Assembly (NCBI GenBank): GCA_963833425.1
Contig: CAWHXP010000004.1
Span: 21,681-85,680 of the forward strand
Length of the DNA stretch: 64,000 nucleotides
Source of the DNA: an uncultured Methanosarcinaceae archaeon
GTDB lineage: Archaea; Halobacteriota; Methanosarcinia; Methanosarcinales; Methanosarcinaceae
Reading direction: 5' to 3'
Position 1 is the stretch's first letter. Each line of letters opens with the position of its first letter. Position numbers and translations under genes: made by a program. Under the pieces are notes generated by a model. It searched no databases. It saw only the letters and a program-made list of their open reading frames with translations, and was not told the DNA's origin. Of this stretch, positions 37,770 to 49,934 are shown one piece after another.

Positions 37770-38546
37770 TTAAAATAGCCTGATCAGCACTAGGCTGAAC
37801 TCAAACAGGACTACTAATAACAGCATTACAACAATCTGGGCAATGAAAGTAGGATCAGGAGAAAGGAAAAGGGAAAACGCTACAATTGCGCTGTAGATTA
37901 ACATCCGCTGCTTTTTGAGAGTCTGATACTTTACTAGCCCCATCTTTACGGAGAAGATCACTAAAATAGGAAGCTGGAATACTATTCCGAAACCTGATAG
38001 AATTGTTGTCACAGCTGAGAGGGTACCCTGGACGGAAAGCTGCGCTGTAGCCGTCTCTCCAGAGTAGAAAAGAATATATTTGAACATTGCAGGAAGAACT
38101 AAAAAGTAGCCTATTGCAGATCCTAAAATAAAGAGTAGGAAAGATACAGGGATAACCTTGAGAAAAAAGCGCCTCTCATTAGGATAAAGTCCTTTACCTG
38201 CAAACCTGTAGAGCTGGAAAAAGAACTGTGGGACTGAGATAGCCAGCGCAAAGACTAGGGATAGCTGGAGGCGAGCGAGCATCCATTCAAGAGGCGAGTA
38301 CGCTGTCATGTTCACATTAGGGTTCATGAACTCCTGCCAGATCAGCATCAACCCTATCGCCGAAAAAGGATAAGCAATAAAGACTCCCAGGAAGAGCCAG
38401 ATTAAAACAATTGCCAGCCGATCTCTAAGCTCAAATAAGTGGGCCATAAGAGGTTCTTCAGTATCGCCCTGGACGCAAGAATCGGACGATATTCCCAATG
38501 AACCCTCTGTAGAGGAGGTTCCGCTGGCTTTATATTCTGGATCCAT
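37770..38546 (-). CDS. tatC: Sec-independent translocase TatC
   Basis: PLMAHLFELRDRL, SPLE, GLYPNERR, FGIVFQLP, SPDP. Confidence 0.92.
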   Translation of the reverse strand: MDPEYKASGTSSTEGSLGISSDSCVQGDTEEPLMAHLFELRDRLAIVLIWLFLGVFIAYPFSAIGLMLIWQEFMNPNVNMTAYSPLEWMLARLQLSLVFALAISVPQFFFQLYRFAGKGLYPNERRFFLKVIPVSFLLFILGSAIGYFLVLPAMFKYILFYSGETATAQLSVQGTLSAVTTILSGFGIVFQLPILVIFSVKMGLVKYQTLKKQRMLIYSAIVAFSLFLSPDPTFIAQIVVMLLLVVLFEFSLVLIRLF

Positions 38547-39484
38547 TTTTTTCTCAGCTTTTATACCTGATTAGTGAATATATTGATAATTAAATATAAC
38601 GTTAATTTACTAGTATGGAACCTTCTCGAGATTCTTAATATTCAGATGAAGTACATATCCAAAATCGACCTTGTGACGCATCTTGAAAATACATTTATAC
38701 TATATCACATTATCTGACAGATAAATTATCTGAATTATTATGTAGTTAAATTAGTATGAATCGATCTAACCAAGAAATTAATATAACTTAGCTAATATAC
38801 CATTATTTACCGGATTCTGGCAGTTGATCCCATTGTTTCTCACTCTCTAGCTATGCAGTTTCCGAATTATTTAGCTATTATAAATAAGCTTATTGATGTT
38901 TTTTGGAGATTTTTTAATCGGATATATAGTAGCCAAAATTTATCACCAATTTTATCAGCAACTGCCTGCAATCAATCAAAAATCCAGAAAATGATAAAGT
39001 TTCTGGCTTTGAGTTGCCAAAAATATGTAATTGCAAACCCATAAAAACTGAGAAAAAAACTGAAGAAACAACATAAAAAAAATCAGTCATAAAGATATAT
39101 TTTGATGAAATATGATACTTTGATTACTAACGATGAAAACAAAAAAATCAATAGATGACAGTTAAATAAAATCAATCCATCTAAATTTGCTCACTGAAAA
39201 AAGTTTAAAATAACTTACCATTAAATCTTAAAATACAACAGCTAATGATTTTTGCCCAATCTGAACAGATAAGTAGTTTCCATCAATTGAATTTCTTCCT
39301 GAATTGCAAGTAATTTTAGGAAGACACGTGAAAAAAATAAAAAATTCAACTAATTTGAATAAACTGAAAGGAAAAAACAAAATAGATAAAGGGAAAATTG
39401 ACATTAATATATATCTGCAATGGATAGAGTTTCCTAAAATATGACAACAAATTTTCCTCTTGCTTTTCCGGATAGGTACTCCAT

Positions 39485-40271
39485 ATGTCTGAAACCATTG
39501 AAAATCTGAGTGTAATACTACTGGCCCTGCGGAAAAAACTGCTTGTAATCGCTACGGTTCTCTGCATAGGTGTTATAATCTCGTTACAGTTTACTGGTCC
39601 TCTAATAAATAGAATAAAGCACGACCTCCTGCCTGAGGGTGCAAAGCTGGTTTATCTGTCTCCTTTAGAGGTAATGATGCTGCAGCTAAAGATCTCGATG
39701 ATCATAGGGCTGCTCATTACCCTGCCTTTCATTGGATTTTACATTTATCGGGCCATTTCGAAGAGATATCCAGTTCGAATTCCAATATATAGTCAAAAAG
39801 GGTCAGTTGTTTTTATTGAGTATAGCTATCCTCTCCATGTTCATGCTAGGAGCTTCATATTCTTATTTTTTCATGCTGCCCATCTTTCTTAAGTTCCTCT
39901 ACATTGATGCAGCAGCCTCAGGGGTAACTGCAACTTATTCTATTTTCAATTTCATCTCATTTATAGCAACAACCACAGCAATCTTCGGTTTGGTATTCGA
40001 ACTTCCAATAGTTCTCACCGTCCTTATCAGAAACGGATTTGTAAAATATGATACCCTTGTGACCTACCGTAAGCATATTTATGTCATCATCCTAGTTATT
40101 GCAATGTTTATTACCCCCGGAACAGATGTCTTCAGCCAGATGATGTTTGCAGTGCCAATGACAATTTTCTTTGAGATCAGCATGTTGATTGTTAAAATAA
40201 TTGGAGTGAAAAATAAAATATCCAAATCTGATTCCTCTGTATCTGCAGCCAGAATTTCAAGAAAAAGTTAA
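39485..40271 (+). CDS. tatC: Second TatC, divergently oriented, split by one extra base near 39788
   Basis: LRKKL, YLSPLE in ORF 39485-39892; FGLVFELP, YRKH, ITPGTD in ORF 39732-40271. The junction reads CCA ATA T ATA GTC AAA. Confidence 0.85.
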
Positions 40272-40635
40272 GGTATTATTGAGAACGAAAAAGGATAAAA
40301 TGAGTACCGAAGAAAGCAATACAATTTTTCTTCTTTGAATTACTTCTGGCGTACAGAGGATCATGAATACCTAGTCCGTTATGCAGAGTAGGGAGTGAAA
40401 TCCACCCTGTTTTGACTCAGATTACTTCTTTAAATCATCGCCTATTTGTAAAATCATTTCATTTTTAGCGCTATGATTAGAGGTGGTCCCCCAGTTCTAA
40501 CAGAGATGATAGCATAGGAATTAAACAGTTTTAGCTATAGCTATACTGTTAGAGCCCCATTACATTAGTTGATGTTAAATATCAAGAAAATCTAATCGAC
40601 AATAATCGAATAAAAAAATTGCTATTTATCATATC

Positions 40636-41400
40636 GAGGATTCCATACACCTCTTTTTTTTCGCGGAAAATCTTGTCATATCTTTCTTGCTAATTTCGAT
40701 ATTTTACCCAATTTTTCTTTTCTGGTTCATTATTCTTTGATTATAAAGATAGCCCTATCATTAGAATACCGTTTTTATATTTAATGTCGTCAACTGATAG
40801 AGATTATAACAAAAAACTTACATAACATCTTTTGGCTCACTATTTGAACTATAGTGACAATCTCTTCCTCTCCTTTGAACATTTTTAGTTACTGCATAAA
40901 CTCGTTCTCCTTTCCTTTTTAATCTATCCTCTTGTTTCATAATATATCACAAATTCCCAGAAAATTTTTTACTTTATTTTCATTGTTGCAGCAGAACCTT
41001 TTGATTTTGTCCCAAGATATCATGTGTCCCTTTAAACCACTTCATTTTTTCTGATAGATCTACCTGAAATAATAAGTGATGCATTTGTTGTTTTGATATT
41101 CTGATAAGCACATAATGTCTTTCTATCACGCTATGGAGTTTGTATTCAAAATGTGAGTTACTACCTTTTTTGTCCAGTTTCATCTCTGTTTCTTTTTGTT
41201 TTTGCTCCAGTTTCTTGATTATTATCCACGTTTGCATATCCAGCATCTGAAAGATAGAAGTAGCTCCCTGAATCAGTCCCGTTTTATTTTCAAATTAAAG
41301 CAAAAAGTTGGTTTTGCAAATGTCCTCATATTTTGTTTTTTTGCAGTTATCAATAATTCTTTTTATGAGTAATCACATTTGATACTGTCTTGTAAATCCC
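40636..41400 (-). mobile_element. Degraded IS5-family remnant
   Basis: KKGSNSHFEYKLH fragment, VDLSEK, and a TIR-like gaggattccatacacctc at 40636. Confidence 0.7.
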
Positions 41401-41880
41401 AGGAAAACCAAAACTCTTGTAGTTTATTGAAAAACCTAAAAATATTCAAAAATGAATAGAGAATAAAAGCAAATTCTAACTCTTTCTATGCTCAAAATGG
41501 CAACAAAGTATCCATTTTGAAGAGAGTTATAAGGCAAAAAATACATGTAAATTTTCAGAAAGATTAAGTGAAGAAAATAATTATGAAAATAATTTTGATA
41601 CCATCGTTTTTACTAGATAAATCAAAAACAAATTATGCAAAAATTAAGATCAAAAAAGCGAAACAATTGAGTGTGATATTAGTATCCTGCCACTATATTA
41701 ACCCGATATAAATCCATTTGAATTTATTCTGGAAAAGTATAAAAGAAATACATTTCAGAAGAATTCATCGGATCAGTTACGAGACTCAGAGAATTGGTAT
41801 GGTAGATATAAAGAATTATCTAAATCAAAATTATTTTCTAATTATTGAATGAAAATATTGATGAACAAATAAAAAATGTA
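41400..41880 (+). mobile_element. IS630-family transposase remnant
   Basis: KAKQLSVILV-LPLY*PDINPFEFI-WKSIK corresponds to the IS630 motif LPPYSPDLNPIE..WK. Confidence 0.65.
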
Positions 41881-41889
41881 ATTAATTGC

Positions 41890-42170
41890 TAGTTGATTAT
41901 AATGATAGTTCACAGGACAACGAGTTCAAAAAGTACATTGAGAATTAAGGATTAAGCCGATACTTGCAAGGGTAAGACATCCTAGGAGAAACTAGAATAT
42001 TCAGAAATAATTCTATACATGCAAGAGATCAAGTAGAGAATTTTGAAAGCTTAGCGAAGTTCATTCAATGATACAAAAGAAGGCCTCAAAAAGCTATGAA
42101 GATTGAAAAATTGGAATATCCAGAAACTACTTTTCTGGAACGGATTGCAAGTAGAAGCAGAATTATAGAA
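41890..42170 (+). mobile_element. IS481-family (integrase-core) transposase remnant
   Basis: GIKPILARVRHP, FESLAKFIQ*YKRRP, FLERI, similar to IS481-type C-termini. Confidence 0.55.
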
Positions 42171-42357
42171 TAGATTTATGTTTTTTTGGTTGTGAAAATA
42201 TAATAAATTAAAACGATTTTATAGACTAAATCATTTCAAGACAAAAAAACAACCATACCTGATTATAAGTTACCCTTTAAAAACAACAAGCGAAATATAT
42301 TTTAGAGTTAAAATCATCGAAGAAGAATATATTGACACAAACTATAAGGAGATAAAA

Positions 42358-44127
42358 ATGCAAGAATCTTTTCGTAAACCCATACTTGTCACCTGTGGTC
42401 TGCCTTACGCGAACGGCACTGCACATATCGGACATCTGCGAACCTATGTGCCCGCTGACATCTTTGCCCGTTGTCTGCGGAAGGAAGGAAGAGAAGTTAC
42501 CTTTGTCTGCGGTTCGGATACTCACGGTACCCCAATTGTCGTGAACGCCGAGGAACTAGGGATCACTCCTAAAGAGCTTGTGGAAATATATCACAAACAT
42601 TTTGACGAGACTTTTAAGCGACTAGGAATTTACTTTGACGCCTTTGGGACAACGGATGACCCTGAAAATCACAATAGGACCCTTGATATCGTCAATAAGA
42701 TGATCGAAAAAGGCTATGTATACCCAAAAACTATTGAAATTGCCTACTGTCCTAAATGCAACCGTTTTCTCCCTGATCGCTATGTTGAAGGGTCCTGTCC
42801 TCACTGCGGGGAAACTGCTAGAGGGGACGAATGTGATCAGGGATGCGGAAAGCATCTGGAGCCTGGAGAACTTCAAAACCCGATATGCACTATCTGCAGC
42901 GGGCCTGCAGAATATCGTCAGCAGGAACACTTTTTTTTCAAACTTTCCGAGTTTAGTGATTACCTAATGGACTATCTCTCAAACGACCTTGGAGGAACCA
43001 CGAATGCCAGGAACTATGCACTGGGCTGGGTAAAGCAGGGGCTTACAGACTGGTGCATTACAAGAAACTTAGAATGGGGGATAAAGTTTCCAGGACATGA
43101 AGATCTCGTTGTCTATGTTTGGGTGGATGCTCCCATAGGGTACATTGCATTTACGGAAGAGTGGGCTGCAAAGGTAGGGGATTCCTGGGAGAAATACTGG
43201 AAAAATGACGGAGAAATTGTCCACTTCATAGGCGGAGACATCACTTACCACCACTGCATCTTCTGGCCAGCCATGCTTAAAGGAGCAGGCTACTCAGTAC
43301 CGACTGCTGTAGTAGCTTCAGGTATGGTTAAAATCGAAGATAAAAAATTTTCTAAAACCAGGGGTTATGTAGTCTGGGTTGGGGAAGATTACCTTGACCA
43401 AGGTTTCCATCCAGATCTCCTTAGGTACTATCTAGCTAGCTACACATCCCATACTAAGGAACTGAATTTCTCATGGCACGTGCTTCAGGAAAAAATAAAC
43501 ACAGAACTCGTGGCCGTTCTCGGAAACTTCCTTTATAGGACAATTCTTTTTGCTTTCAAGAACTATGGAAAAGTCCCAGAGGGAAAGCTTGAACCTAAAA
43601 TCAAGGAAGAGATAGAAAAAGCAATAAATGAAGTAAATGTAGCAATTGCTGAGTATGAATTTAAAAAAGCCGTTGACACGGCAATGGCTCTTGCATCTTT
43701 TGGAAATAGCTACTTCCAGGCTCAAGAGCCATGGAAATCGATTAAAGATAACAAAGCAACTTGTGGGAATGTACTTTACAACTGCCTTCATCTTTCAAAA
43801 GCTCTCAGTATTATCTTTGAACCCGTGATCCCACAAATTATGGAACTCGCCTGGAAAGAGCTCGGACAGGTAGAAGACTTGCATAAAGTTCAGTACAGTG
43901 AAGCTTTGGTGCCTATAAAAGCAGGTACAAAACTCACAAAACCCGAAATTCTCTTTACCAAGCTCGAAGATGATCGGATAGGAAAGATGGAAGAGATCGC
44001 AAACCAAAGGGTAAAGGCCGCCAATGCGAAAAAATCTATAGTAAAAGGGAGTGAAAAAGAATCCTCCAAATCCAAGGGAATGGGATCTGCAGAAGAAACT
44101 ACTAAATCAGAGAGAAAAAATAGCTGA
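42358..44127 (+). CDS. metG: Methionine--tRNA ligase, lacking the C-terminal tRNA-binding/dimerisation domain
   Basis: [20 protein letters not shown], two Zn knuckles, [15 protein letters not shown], anticodon-binding helices. Stops in the linker at 589 aa. Confidence 0.95.
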   Translation: MQESFRKPILVTCGLPYANGTAHIGHLRTYVPADIFARCLRKEGREVTFVCGSDTHGTPIVVNAEELGITPKELVEIYHKHFDETFKRLGIYFDAFGTTDDPENHNRTLDIVNKMIEKGYVYPKTIEIAYCPKCNRFLPDRYVEGSCPHCGETARGDECDQGCGKHLEPGELQNPICTICSGPAEYRQQEHFFFKLSEFSDYLMDYLSNDLGGTTNARNYALGWVKQGLTDWCITRNLEWGIKFPGHEDLVVYVWVDAPIGYIAFTEEWAAKVGDSWEKYWKNDGEIVHFIGGDITYHHCIFWPAMLKGAGYSVPTAVVASGMVKIEDKKFSKTRGYVVWVGEDYLDQGFHPDLLRYYLASYTSHTKELNFSWHVLQEKINTELVAVLGNFLYRTILFAFKNYGKVPEGKLEPKIKEEIEKAINEVNVAIAEYEFKKAVDTAMALASFGNSYFQAQEPWKSIKDNKATCGNVLYNCLHLSKALSIIFEPVIPQIMELAWKELGQVEDLHKVQYSEALVPIKAGTKLTKPEILFTKLEDDRIGKMEEIANQRVKAANAKKSIVKGSEKESSKSKGMGSAEETTKSERKNS

Positions 44128-44470
44128 AGAAGCCTAGCAAAATAAATCCTTCCCATTATTAAGCACATGGATTTTGAAAACTAGTTACCTGAATAGAGAA
44201 GATTTTACTTAGAACCCATAAAAGAATCCAATAAATTCTATGGGTTGAACTGGACTTGGATAGGAAGCTCTAAAAAGGTTTCAACGGCATTAATCCCTAT
44301 ACACCGCAGAAGAGTTCGTATGGGAATACGTAATCTAACTAGCCAATCTCAAATTGTAAACTTTGCTGAGTTGAATCCAAAGGATGATACTTGCAGCAGA
44401 TGATGTGAAGGAACTGTATCTATCCTAATACCCTCAAAAAATGAAACTAATCGTTACATAAATACCCAAG
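44128..44470 (+). pseudogene. Eroded C-terminal Trbp111/EMAPII-like domain of MetRS
   Basis: Fragments LPIIKHMDFEN*, EPIKESNK, VELDL, YTAEEFV, LANLK, KLC*VESKG-MILAADD in mixed frames. Confidence 0.8.
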
Positions 44471-45233
44471 TTAGCTAGGTCATAAGAGAGTGATTTGAAG
44501 TATCGGATTAAGAAATAATAAGGCTCATCATTATTTTGAGTGGATAATTTAAAATCACTTCCTAAATTCAACACAACATATGCGATATTTGGAAAAAATT
44601 ATTTAGGAAAATCACACTCATTATCTATGTTTATTATTTGTGTAGTTACTTTTTAACTGGAAAACTATTTTCAACCCATACAAAACATCGAAGAGCCGAA
44701 TATAGTATAGAGATCTGAAGTACGGACCTGAAGTACAAAATAAGTAGCATTAAACCTCAGAATGTTTAAATGGTAAATTTGAACACAATATTTTATTATG
44801 GTTAATTTCGTACTTCAAGCGTTTAAGTCCTAAAGAATCGGTTGTGTTGCCGGAAAAAAGGATGCAACTGCTCTCTGCACTTTGCAAAATAAGCTTTGGT
44901 TTCAATCTGGAGAATTGCAACTCTGCCTGCAGAATAATTTGCATAAGACCAGACTCTGATAGCAACCCCCCTATTTAAATGACTTTTACTGGAAGGGAGA
45001 AAAGTTCCGAGAGATTTGCATCTGTCAGGAATCGTCATAAATTCCACTGCTTACCACAAATTCCTCCAAAAGATTTATAATATAAAGCTGGATTTTGATC
45101 TCGATTTCAGTGTCAGTGTTCAAGGATCGAAGCTAATTTTTGCTTTGAAATCGAGATCATCAGGCGAGAAAATTCCTTAATCGATGAATGAATTCTTTAT
45201 ACCTGTTAGAACCATATATTCTATTGATCTTCT

Positions 45234-45689
45234 ATGTTCGAAGAATATGAGAAAAAGAGACATTTTGAAAAAACACCTGAGCCTTTTACCAATGGGTCAC
45301 TCGAAAGCTCCAACAAACATATTTTTGTAGTACAGCGCCATGATGCACGCAATTTACATTATGATTTTCGCCTGGAAATAGATGGAGTTCTGAAAAGTTG
45401 GGCTGTGCCAAAGCAACCGCCAAAAGATAAAGATATCAAAAGACTTGCCATCCAGACTGAAGATCATCCTCTTTCATATGCTAATTTTGAGGGGGAAATT
45501 CCGGAAGGAGAGTACGGAGCTGGCAAGGTTGAGATATGGGATAAAGGAACTTTTGAGCTTCAAAAATGCGATGAAAAAGAAATCGTTGTGACACTTCATG
45601 GAGAGGAGATGAAAGGGAATTATATCTTGATCAGGACAAAATATGGAAAAGGGGAAAAAGGATGGCTTTTCTTTAAAAGGGCAGACTGA
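45234..45689 (+). CDS. Stand-alone LigD-type 3'-phosphoesterase domain protein
   Basis: FVVQRHDARNLHYDFRLEIDGVLKSWAVPK, RLAIQTEDHPLSY, GEYGAGKVEIWDKG. Confidence 0.92.
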   Translation: MFEEYEKKRHFEKTPEPFTNGSLESSNKHIFVVQRHDARNLHYDFRLEIDGVLKSWAVPKQPPKDKDIKRLAIQTEDHPLSYANFEGEIPEGEYGAGKVEIWDKGTFELQKCDEKEIVVTLHGEEMKGNYILIRTKYGKGEKGWLFFKRAD

Positions 45690-46053
45690 GAATGATCATG
45701 AGAACATGTTTGAATAATGAAGACTGGATATCTTTTCTTAAGTTTTCAGCTTAAAATGTCTTTGAAATGATCTTCCTTTTTTAAAAGAATAAAAAATGGC
45801 CTTGTCCCTGAATTATTGACTTGGATTTTATATAATCTCAATTCATTGGTTAATTATTAAGCACCTATCCGAGAGTCAATGCCCTAAAGCTGTGAGCATA
45901 GACGCAGGACAAGAACAAACAATATAATGATGTTCTGGTCTCCTGGGATAATATTAAACGATAACTCCTAATAGCTTGAGAGAAAGAGATTCTCCTTAAA
46001 AATATCAGAAAAAGAGATTCAAAAAAAGTGAAAAATGACTGAACTTTCAGACA

Positions 46054-47278
46054 TTACATTTTACTTTTTACCACTTCTTTTGCTGCGTCCTTGAAGAGCA
46101 CCCGAAGGTCCCAGAGAAGCTTTTTGTTAGCTTTAAAGAGAGCATGTAGTAGGTCAAGAAGGCTCATTCTCTCAAATTTTACATCTTTTAGGGAAAAGGC
46201 AAGGGAATTCAGATCCGAATCATTCAAATTGATAAAACAGTTTTTAACAATTAGGCTCAGGTCTATAGCATGCCCAGTGGTTGATCTCCAACGCTTCTCA
46301 TAAACTTCCTCGAGTTTCCCGTTGAGATACATCTCCTGCGGATATGGCCGCAAAAGCGGCCTCTCCAGCGATCTTCCCTACATCCATAGCATTAAGGATC
46401 CCACCGCCTGTGATTGGATCTGACTGGCGTGCAGCGTCTCCTATGAGAATCAGCCCATTAGTGGAAGTCTTCTCAATACTGCCTGAAACAGGTACTCCTC
46501 CAAAAATCATCTCGACTACTTTGGCATGCGGAAACTTTTTCTCCAGAAAATGATTGAGGTAATCTACTGGCTTTGGCTTGAATTTGCCCATCTTGCTCCC
46601 GAGAATTCCTATTCCGACATTCGCTTTTCCTTCACCTTTCGGAAAGATCCATATATATCCACCAGGCGCGATATCGTTTCCGATGTAAAACTCGCAGTAT
46701 TCCTGGTTTATATCTACACCAGCTACCAAGTACTGAACACATGTTTCGATATCAATAGGCTTCAGAGAAGTATCAATGCCTGCCCACCGTCCTACTTTTG
46801 ATTCGATCCCGTCAGAACCTATGACTATTCCGGCATATACGTCATACTCTTTTCCAAGTTGCATGAGTCTAGCTCCTTTGACGAAATCATCTTCAATTAT
46901 CAAGCCAATAGCTCTGGTTTTTACCCATACCTCTGCTCCGGCTTTTGAAGCCTTTTCGGCAAGAGCACGATCGAAAATTTTTCTCTCAAGGACATAGCCA
47001 ACCTCTCCACCAGCAATTTCTTCTGCCATTTCTATCTTTGTACCATCCGGTGCATAAATACGAGCACCTTTGAGGTCAGCACAAATCCACTTCTTGTCAA
47101 TTTCCACATGTTTTTTGAGATACTCTTTGCTCACGCCTTCGGCACAGCGCACCGGATCGCCTATTTCTTGGCGTTTCTCGATTAAAAGCACAGTTAGTCC
47201 TTTTTCAGCCGCGGTTTTTGCAGCAATTGAACCCGCAGGACCGGCTCCGATCACTAAAACATCATACCTGTCCTTCAT
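46054..47278 (-). CDS. Digeranylgeranylglycerophospholipid reductase (GGR), split by one extra base near 46324
   Basis: [39 protein letters not shown]. Removing one base joins GDVS to [12 protein letters not shown]. Confidence 0.9.
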
Positions 47279-47451
47279 TTAGTTACCTCAATTGCTCCAA
47301 CAGGGCAAATGCGATCGCATATTCCACATGTCATGCACGTATTTTCATCTACTTCAATCCAGGTTTCTACAAGTTCGAGTGATCCCTTAGGGCAGACTCC
47401 CACGCAGGCACCACAGTATCCGCATTTATATTTGTTTATGTTGATGCTCAC
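47275..47451 (-). CDS. 2[4Fe-4S] ferredoxin, GGR-associated
   Basis: [12 protein letters not shown] and [12 protein letters not shown]. Probable GTG start at ~47451 after caggtgag; overlaps the GGR start. Confidence 0.9.
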   Translation of the reverse strand: MSININKYKCGYCGACVGVCPKGSLELVETWIEVDENTCMTCGICDRICPVGAIEVTK

Positions 47452-48917
47452 TAACTCACCTGAAATATTTAAAGGCAAATAAGGCAATTATGAAATGATG
47501 ATGAAGTTTGGCAAAGTATGGCAATTTTAAGGCGATAATAACAATCCTCTAACATATAGTTTTTGTTAATTACAGCATTTCCGAATCAGTTAGTTCCAAA
47601 ATCATTTCTACAAATTAGAAAAATATCAAATAAATTATTTGAGTTAATGAAGTCGTTGATTATTGGCAAAGAAAAATACTTCCAATTTTGGCATAAATAC
47701 AACAAATTTACTGTATGTATCTTCTGGATTATGTAGTGTTGTTGATATAATAACTTTACTTGATGAAGTAAAATATGGCTCTTAATCAGTTTTTTAATGT
47801 TTTATTTTATGCTGAAACATCTTCTAACAATCTTCTTAATCTGCAACTAACGATCTAAGGTCATGATACCAAAAATAAGAATTATTCCAATTTATATTAT
47901 TTTTGATTATATAAAATTTAGTTATGTTGAAGAAATTCTTTTTCATTGAAGAAAATAAAATGATGAAATTTTTAAGATGGTGGATATTAAAACTAAGGTT
48001 CAAGACGTTTCCATCGAGTTCCACATATTGGATATTATGGAGAGAAGCACTCCAAATATAAGAAATTAAAATAGAAGAATGGAACTTTGGTGACATTTGT
48101 CCTATATCTAAGATATAATTGAAAGATACAGGCTAAAATTTGATGCATTGGCGCAAATAGGTTAAGCAAATATTATTCGACCCCTATAAATATTCATTTG
48201 AAGAGATGAAATAAAGGAATCAGAAGTAAGAACCTTACGTAGATAGAGGATTCTTAACATGTAAATTATATCGAAGAGATATGAGAATAAAATGAAATTG
48301 ATAAATGTAGTCAAATAAACAAATTAAGTGAGTTGTTGAAAAACGCGTTAAAGAAAAATAAAATAGGTCTAATATGCTTGAATATAAATTTGATCAAGGA
48401 GGAATTTTGCATCTAAAACATCTTTTTAGCCCTATTTTATATAAGATACCTAGGTTTAGGTACTAATGTACAATTTTTTTAATAGATTAAAAAGAACCTC
48501 TATTAAACCACAGAATTCAATAAATCTTTATATAGCCATTATAAATAACCACCAAAAAGTAGGGTTTATCTAGATCCTCTAAAGTCATTCCTTGAGATTA
48601 CAGCATATAAAATGAAATCAGTAATCATTCGAGACATTGTTAAACTAGTAACAGATGAAATAGAGGAATTATACAATAGTCCAGAAAGATCATTCCTGAA
48701 GTGGTTAATAAAATTTAATCGATAAAGGAATTTAGTACTTCTAATTCGATTTAATAGATATATAAATTAAAAAGATAACTAACATAAAAATCACAAAATA
48801 GTTTATTCAGATGTTTAACAGGGAGTACAGAGACATGTAGAGAATTTCGATAAACATCTTAGATATCTGAAAAAGTTACACCAAATTCATATACCTCAAG
48901 TTATAGATGCAGTTAGC

Positions 48918-49934
48918 ATGAAACTGGCTGTAATCGCAGGTGATGGGATCGGCAGAGAAGTGATTCCAGAAGCTGTTAAGGTTCTGGATGCTTTCGAGCT
49001 TGATATTGAAAAAGTACCTTTGGAACTGGGTTATGCAAGGTGGGAGAGAGCAGGTACTGCAATGTCAAAAGAAGATCTTGAAATCATAAAGGAATGTGAT
49101 GCAGTTCTTTTTGGGGCAGTAACCACTGTACCAGAGCAAAATTACAGAAGTTTGCTCCTGACTATCCGAAAAGAACTGGACCTTTATGCCAATATAAGGC
49201 CTATAAAACCTTTTCCTGGAATAGTTGGCATTACCGGAAAAAGCGACTTCGATTTTATTATTGTAAGGGAAAACACTGAAGGACTGTACTCTGGAATTGA
49301 AGGAATCGGACCTGAGATATCTTGGACAAAAAGAATCGTCACACTAAGAGGTTCTGAGAGGGTGGCAGAATACGCATGTAAACTTGCAAAACAAAGAAAG
49401 AACAAACTGACTATTGTCCACAAATCTAATGTCCTTAAATCAGATAATCTTTTTCTTAATGTTTGCAGACGGACTGCCAGTGATCATGCCGTAGAGTATA
49501 ACGACATTCTGGTTGATTCAATGGCTTATAGCCTTATGATACATCCAGAAAAATACGATGTTGTGGTTACAACTAACCTTTTCGGGGATATTTTGAGTGA
49601 CATGTGTGCAGCTCTTGTCGGAAGCCTTGGCATCGTTCCCAGCGCCAATATAGGGGAAAAATATGCTTTTTTCGAACCCGTACATGGGAGTGCACCAGAT
49701 ATTACAGGAAAAGGTACTGCAAACCCGTTTGCTGCGATCCTTTGCATAAAGATGTTGCTAGAATGGATGGGTGAACCGCAGTATCTGATTATTGACGAGG
49801 CAATTAATGATGTGCTTCAAAAAAAGATTATCACTCCAGACCTGAAAGGCACGGCAAGAACTAAAGATGTCGGGAACGCAGTTGCAGAATATGTAATAGA
49901 GAATATATACAAGAAAACTGTGGAGAGACAATGA
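48918..49934 (+). CDS. Isocitrate/isopropylmalate dehydrogenase family, probably homoisocitrate dehydrogenase (AksF-like)
   Basis: [40 protein letters not shown]. Substrate assignment is an inference. Confidence 0.85.
   Translation: MKLAVIAGDGIGREVIPEAVKVLDAFELDIEKVPLELGYARWERAGTAMSKEDLEIIKECDAVLFGAVTTVPEQNYRSLLLTIRKELDLYANIRPIKPFPGIVGITGKSDFDFIIVRENTEGLYSGIEGIGPEISWTKRIVTLRGSERVAEYACKLAKQRKNKLTIVHKSNVLKSDNLFLNVCRRTASDHAVEYNDILVDSMAYSLMIHPEKYDVVVTTNLFGDILSDMCAALVGSLGIVPSANIGEKYAFFEPVHGSAPDITGKGTANPFAAILCIKMLLEWMGEPQYLIIDEAINDVLQKKIITPDLKGTARTKDVGNAVAEYVIENIYKKTVERQ

Noticed and set aside
44750..45047. GC-richer segment with short ORFs between metG and the phosphoesterase gene
   Set aside because: Probably a gene relic, but I could not assign a family or a convincing RNA structure.
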